NCBI GenBank assembly: GCA_964508365.1
Contig: CAZDTP010000012.1
Span: 1 to 64,000, forward strand
DNA: 64,000 nt
Direction of reading: 5' to 3'
From: an uncultured archaeon
GTDB taxonomy: Archaea; Asgardarchaeota; Lokiarchaeia; Sigyniarchaeales; SOKP01
Shown here: positions 59,320-64,000 of the stretch, piece after piece
Layout of the letters: every line of letters starts with the position of its first letter
How positions within the stretch are numbered: position 1 is the stretch's first letter
The notes under the pieces: model-generated
Databases searched by the model: none
What the model saw: the letters and a program-made list of their open reading frames with translations, nothing else
Told to the model about the DNA's origin: nothing
Program-made: the position numbers and the translations under genes

Positions 59320-62300
59320 TTGGTATATTTGATTTTGCGACGAACAAAGAAGGTTAAAAGAATTTTATTGGCGATTATATTCATCTTTTCAATGTTAGTA
59401 CTAAATACTTGGATAGTGAGTGACTTTAATATAGACATGAACAATAGCCAACAACATAATTGGTTAAATGATGAAAATCATATTCTAACTTCTGATGCCG
59501 ACCCGTATTTGACAGATTATTACATATCAGGCACAGGAGATAATCGAGATGTAAGAATTTACGTTTTAAATAATTCCTTTTCAAATGATAACAATCAAAA
59601 TTCTTTTAATATTCCATCTATGTCAACTACAGAATCAACTTATTTGACATATGGAAATTTTAATTTCACATTTCAGAATAATTTCACAACCGATTATATT
59701 ATGGAAGATACAAACGCTTTAGAAGCAGATGGTTTTATTGAATTTGTATATAACGAGGGTACCTCTTCTATGAAGATTAATACTGGTGAAAACCTTACTT
59801 TAATAGATTTTGGTAATCTAGTGGACGGACTCTCATCTAATATAGAATTGAATTCGTCTAGTGGCGTATTAAATTTCACAATAGCATCAAACTTTGCAAG
59901 TACGATTTATGATGGATCATTGTTTGATGTCAATTTTGATAGATCGACAATATTAGGGTTGATTTCGCAATTTTCAGGTAGTATCACCAAAAATGTTACC
60001 TTAACGCTTAGAATGTTTGATGTATCAAGCTCATCTTGGAAAAGCGTAGTTGACCCTTTTTTCATAGATAGTAATTTAGGTACACAAGTATTTAAGAATA
60101 AGTTCATTAATGAAAATTTAAATTATATTAATGCGTCAGATATAAGCCAAATACAGTTTTATTTCAATAGATCTGATACAACTGATTTTATCCTTACATT
60201 AAGAGAATTCGAATTGGCGTCCACATATGGATTTGATTTACCAATCACCGATAGCAAGCAAGTGGCTTTAGAGTTTGATTTAAAGGGGGAAAGCTCAAGT
60301 GTAAACGGATTTTATGCCTGGATAAGAACTTTGAACCTCACCCAAGCTTTAAATGCAGAATTAAATATAACCCTATATGAAGCAAATGCAACTATAACTA
60401 GAACACCATCAAATCTAATAGCTGAAAATTTAGAACCTGACACTTCGAAATTAATAGATTCTCAAATATTTGACTATAACGATTATCATGGCGATTCTTT
60501 ATCATATTTTGAATTTAATCTTTCAAATACACAAGACTTAGGTCTCAAAAACTATTTTATTGTTATTAAATCAAACCGCTCAGAACAGATTTTTAGTTTA
60601 GTTACATTACCTAAGCAAACCTTTGGGGATCCTGATTCGAAAGTAGATCATCAATTAAGAACAAGCAGTAACAATGGAACAACATGGAATGTAGCGAAAA
60701 AACAAATACCTTCCATACCTATCTACACCTCTGAAATACTTGACGCAGCAGCTTTTAAATTGAATGTCACTAGAGCATATATGCCCTCAGATTTTACGAA
60801 TCCTTACGATAGTCAAGATACATTAAAGATTCAAGATATTCCTATTATTAACCAGATCAACAATGATCCTCCTTACGATACAAGTTCGTCCTTAACCTGG
60901 GGTTTAGGTCAATGGGATTATAATTTTACTACTTCAATTACAAACAATTCTTTGAATAATTTCCAAATAGACTTAACATGGAATAATAGCATAATTCAAG
61001 GATTTAATTTTAATGTTACCTATAGGGTAAAGGCATATTGGATAGAACAAGCTAATAGTGTATATCGAGTGTCTTATGATACTACTCCGATATGGGAGTT
61101 AAACTATACTATGAACACGGGTTATAAAAACTTCGATAACTGGAATTTGCTCGAATTTTGGTATTTATTTCCGAGCGATTATACTGCAAAAAATTTAACA
61201 AATCCAAACTTCGTCGAGATTTACGAAGACATAGTAAACAAGACGGGCGGAGAACAGATACTGCCCAATCAACCTTCATACGAATATGTATCAGTCCCAA
61301 ACGATATTATAAGTGGTATAAGCGGTATTTACTCACTTAACCTTACTAGTAGCAACCTCATATATGATATGAATAGTTACATTAATTACAAAAACATTCT
61401 TTGGGAAACTAACGGTTTTATGTACGGGGATAATGTATCAATAAAACTCGATATAAGAGATCCTAATTCTAATGCTCCTATTAGTGGTAACGCTAATGTG
61501 GTTCTTTTTTATCCAAATAATGCAACAAAAGTACCAGGAGCCGAATTAAATTCAGGATCAGGAGTAATAAATGGAAATTCTCTCGTTTACGATTTTAATA
61601 ATCAATCCATTTACGAAGTGACAAACGCTATACCTGTTCTTGGTAATTATTATTTAGGATTCTTCTGGGAAAATGGCTCTGCTATAGGATGTCAAAAACT
61701 TAAGCTTTATATTGATAAGTACGATGTTGAGATGAATAATTTAATCTTCGAACCAACATTAAACCAGAATATTCTTGATGGAATTGTTGATAAGGTATAT
61801 GAAGAATATTCGATACTGATTAGTACTGTTAATGTCACGGATGATAAATACTATCCTTCGTTTTATGCTGTAAATAAAACAGATGTTAATCAAGAGTTTA
61901 TTTATACTATTGGTAATGAAGAAATCCCGATTGAAATTGAAAATTTTCTTCAAAACGAGACAATTTTGAATCCTAATGAAGACATACGAATTACCACAAG
62001 AATTCAAAATAAACACAACTTTGTCGAGATTAAATTAAAGTTAAACGTTCAGCTTGTATCTTTAGCTAATGAAGAATGGGTTATCGCTGAAAAAATGACA
62101 GATCTTAAAACTTTAAAACCGAGTATTGATCCTAATGGCGAAGACACCCAAGAGTTTTCTGTTGATATCACAATGCCAACTCTTCTCGGAGATGGAATTT
62201 GGCATGGAGTGAATGCTCCAATAAGAAAAGGTGGAGCAAAAACAATATTTACAGTTTTTATAGAATATGGTGGCGAAAGCTTTGAGATTGATACTTTTGA

Positions 62301-63516
62301 AAGTAGTGAATATTCCTTAATTATCAATAGTACAGAAGATGTGTTTGAAGGTTATATCATCGCTTTAAAATCAAACAATGATATTACAGGAGGTTCAATT
62401 GTAAAGCCTTTTGAAAGAGATGAATGTCAATATCTCCCAAATCAAACTACTTTTGTAATAAATATTTACGATAAAAATTATGTAAGTAGCTACAATCAAT
62501 TTATTGAAAGTTTTTCTCTGAAAACTAATAGTGATTTTTCAGAAATTCAAACACAACCTCAAACACCGAATTATGGTCAATCATTCAATATAAGTTCTGT
62601 ATTAAAAACGGAGTTTGGAGATATACTTCCAAATAAGAATGTTTCTTGTCAATTTTATCATAGTGGAATATGGGAAACACTTTCAACTCAAATTTCGGAT
62701 ATGGATGGTGTTACAAATTTTGAAATTGATACATTAAACCTACCAAGCGATGATCAGTTTAAATTTCGCTTAACTTGGCAAGGAGATCAATATACTTTAG
62801 AAAACGCTCAAAATGTTACTGTTTTTATGAATCGCGCGTTCAATGCCATATCCTTAGCGCTTCGATCGAATGTAGTGCAGATTTATAGAAACGCTCAAAT
62901 CATCATCCAATTAACATTACATAATATAGGAGACTCGGAACTCAGAGTAATCGTTCCTAATATTTCTATAGGGATCACGCCCTCATTAACATATAGCGTT
63001 GTTGAAATTGATTATTTAGCGTTAGAACAATTTAAACCCGGAGATATTACAGTTATTTTGATGAGAATTGATGTTCCAGCAATCGAACAAATGAATGTAT
63101 CTGTTTCAATAGGCGTAAAAAATGATATAACCGATGAGGAACTTACTTTTCAAGTTTCAAAGTTGTTTGATATATATGATGTGCAACTTATTGATTATTT
63201 ACTAAACCTTTTTACCCTTATCATGGTCTCTATTTTTATTTTAATCTGGGGAATCATGTTCTTTTATGTGAGAAGGACTATAAAGAGAATTGAAACTCCT
63301 TATGAAGAACCTGACAAAACAAAACAACGAAAAGGAAGATATGTATCAGTAAGCGAATTACCGAAAGAAGAAATTCCAGAAGCACAACCAACAGAGGATA
63401 CCGAAAAAAAAACCAAGAAGAGATTTAAGAAGAAAAAACCAGAAGCCGAGAAAAAAGATGAATCTCCTGCTACAGATTTAGATTCGTTATTAGAAGAAAA
63501 AGGTCTTAAGGATTAA
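59320..63516 (+). CDS. Large membrane-anchored glycoprotein of unknown function
   Basis: N-terminal signal/TM, beta-rich ectodomain with many N-x-S/T sequons, TM near the C-terminus, charged tail. Confidence 0.85.
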   Translation: MVYLILRRTKKVKRILLAIIFIFSMLVLNTWIVSDFNIDMNNSQQHNWLNDENHILTSDADPYLTDYYISGTGDNRDVRIYVLNNSFSNDNNQNSFNIPSMSTTESTYLTYGNFNFTFQNNFTTDYIMEDTNALEADGFIEFVYNEGTSSMKINTGENLTLIDFGNLVDGLSSNIELNSSSGVLNFTIASNFASTIYDGSLFDVNFDRSTILGLISQFSGSITKNVTLTLRMFDVSSSSWKSVVDPFFIDSNLGTQVFKNKFINENLNYINASDISQIQFYFNRSDTTDFILTLREFELASTYGFDLPITDSKQVALEFDLKGESSSVNGFYAWIRTLNLTQALNAELNITLYEANATITRTPSNLIAENLEPDTSKLIDSQIFDYNDYHGDSLSYFEFNLSNTQDLGLKNYFIVIKSNRSEQIFSLVTLPKQTFGDPDSKVDHQLRTSSNNGTTWNVAKKQIPSIPIYTSEILDAAAFKLNVTRAYMPSDFTNPYDSQDTLKIQDIPIINQINNDPPYDTSSSLTWGLGQWDYNFTTSITNNSLNNFQIDLTWNNSIIQGFNFNVTYRVKAYWIEQANSVYRVSYDTTPIWELNYTMNTGYKNFDNWNLLEFWYLFPSDYTAKNLTNPNFVEIYEDIVNKTGGEQILPNQPSYEYVSVPNDIISGISGIYSLNLTSSNLIYDMNSYINYKNILWETNGFMYGDNVSIKLDIRDPNSNAPISGNANVVLFYPNNATKVPGAELNSGSGVINGNSLVYDFNNQSIYEVTNAIPVLGNYYLGFFWENGSAIGCQKLKLYIDKYDVEMNNLIFEPTLNQNILDGIVDKVYEEYSILISTVNVTDDKYYPSFYAVNKTDVNQEFIYTIGNEEIPIEIENFLQNETILNPNEDIRITTRIQNKHNFVEIKLKLNVQLVSLANEEWVIAEKMTDLKTLKPSIDPNGEDTQEFSVDITMPTLLGDGIWHGVNAPIRKGGAKTIFTVFIEYGGESFEIDTFESSEYSLIINSTEDVFEGYIIALKSNNDITGGSIVKPFERDECQYLPNQTTFVINIYDKNYVSSYNQFIESFSLKTNSDFSEIQTQPQTPNYGQSFNISSVLKTEFGDILPNKNVSCQFYHSGIWETLSTQISDMDGVTNFEIDTLNLPSDDQFKFRLTWQGDQYTLENAQNVTVFMNRAFNAISLALRSNVVQIYRNAQIIIQLTLHNIGDSELRVIVPNISIGITPSLTYSVVEIDYLALEQFKPGDITVILMRIDVPAIEQMNVSVSIGVKNDITDEELTFQVSKLFDIYDVQLIDYLLNLFTLIMVSIFILIWGIMFFYVRRTIKRIETPYEEPDKTKQRKGRYVSVSELPKEEIPEAQPTEDTEKKTKKRFKKKKPEAEKKDESPATDLDSLLEEKGLKD

Positions 63517-63572
63517 TTCTCAAAACTATTTACTTCCTATATTACTTTTTTTTAAAAAAAGAGGAAATAATT

Positions 63573-63926
63573 TTATAAGTTTGAAATTGAAATTAAGTTT
63601 CTTTTAAGAAGAGATAAAGACGCTTTACCATCTAATCCTGCTAAAGCGATTAAGATTCCCTTATCAGAGCTAACTATTACTCCATATCCGTCTTCTAATT
63701 CTAGAGTTGCTGATTTTACGCTTCCCTTACCTGTGTTTTCCCCTAAAGCATTAGAGTTTTTTATGAGTGTAGCGCATGATTTCGCGATTCCATTGAGGTC
63801 CATATCCGTAATAGTTTGTCCTACGATAACTTTTCCTTCCATATCAGAAGCTATTAAACCCTCAGTTTCAGGTACGACATCAAACAATTCTGCTAATTTC
63901 TTTTCAATAACTTCCTTGTCTACCAT
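63573..63926 (-). CDS. Roadblock/LC7 domain protein
   Basis: VPETEGLIASDMEGKVI...LELEDGYGVIV...ILIALA...SLSLL pattern. Confidence 0.82.
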   Translation of the reverse strand: MVDKEVIEKKLAELFDVVPETEGLIASDMEGKVIVGQTITDMDLNGIAKSCATLIKNSNALGENTGKGSVKSATLELEDGYGVIVSSDKGILIALAGLDGKASLSLLKRNLISISNL

Positions 63927-63967
63927 AGTTACACGACTCTTTATTTTTTTAGTAATAAGTTTGCATT

Positions 63968-64000
63968 CTAAATTAGCTTAGCTAAATCTTGTAGTTTAAT
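63968..64000 (-). CDS. Possible 3' end of a gene entering from beyond the window
   Basis: Open frame IKLQDLAKLI* to the window edge; too short to confirm. Confidence 0.3.
   Translation of the reverse strand: MKLQDLAKLI

Noticed and set aside
1-64000. tRNA, rRNA, integrase or transposase genes
   Set aside because: None was recognized by eye. A tRNAscan-SE or HMM run would be needed to exclude very divergent cases.

Overview
AT-rich archaeal chromosomal segment, most likely from an Asgard archaeon of the Lokiarchaeia. This is inferred from a ubiquitin-fold protein, a Roadblock/LC7 protein, an Ssl1/p44-like vWA-zinc-finger protein, IPGY-type sorting tails, H4MPT/Hdr metabolism and many large beta-helix surface proteins. 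No rRNA, tRNA, CRISPR array, integrase or transposase was seen. Main observations: (1) a complete 821-nt group IIB intron at 2..822 (minus strand) whose RT ORF is deleted down to about 38 codons, with EBS1 pairing to the flanking exon over 8 bp; (2) a plastic zone at about 14-28.6 kb where cargo genes sit between duplicated gene ends, most clearly three staggered copies of the 3' end of an lrp gene; (3) a 10-kb operon, tusA-dsrEFH-dsrE2-hdrCBA-mvhD-(MvhG-like)-(FrhB::GltD::wHTH fusion)-tusA, that places a persulfide relay next to a methanogen-type Hdr and has no hydrogenase large subunit; (4) divergent or eukaryote-like proteins (Ubl, Ssl1-like, RtcB-like, N-domain-less pelota-like, ceramide-synthase-like GNAT). 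All family assignments come from motif recognition by eye; no database searches were run.
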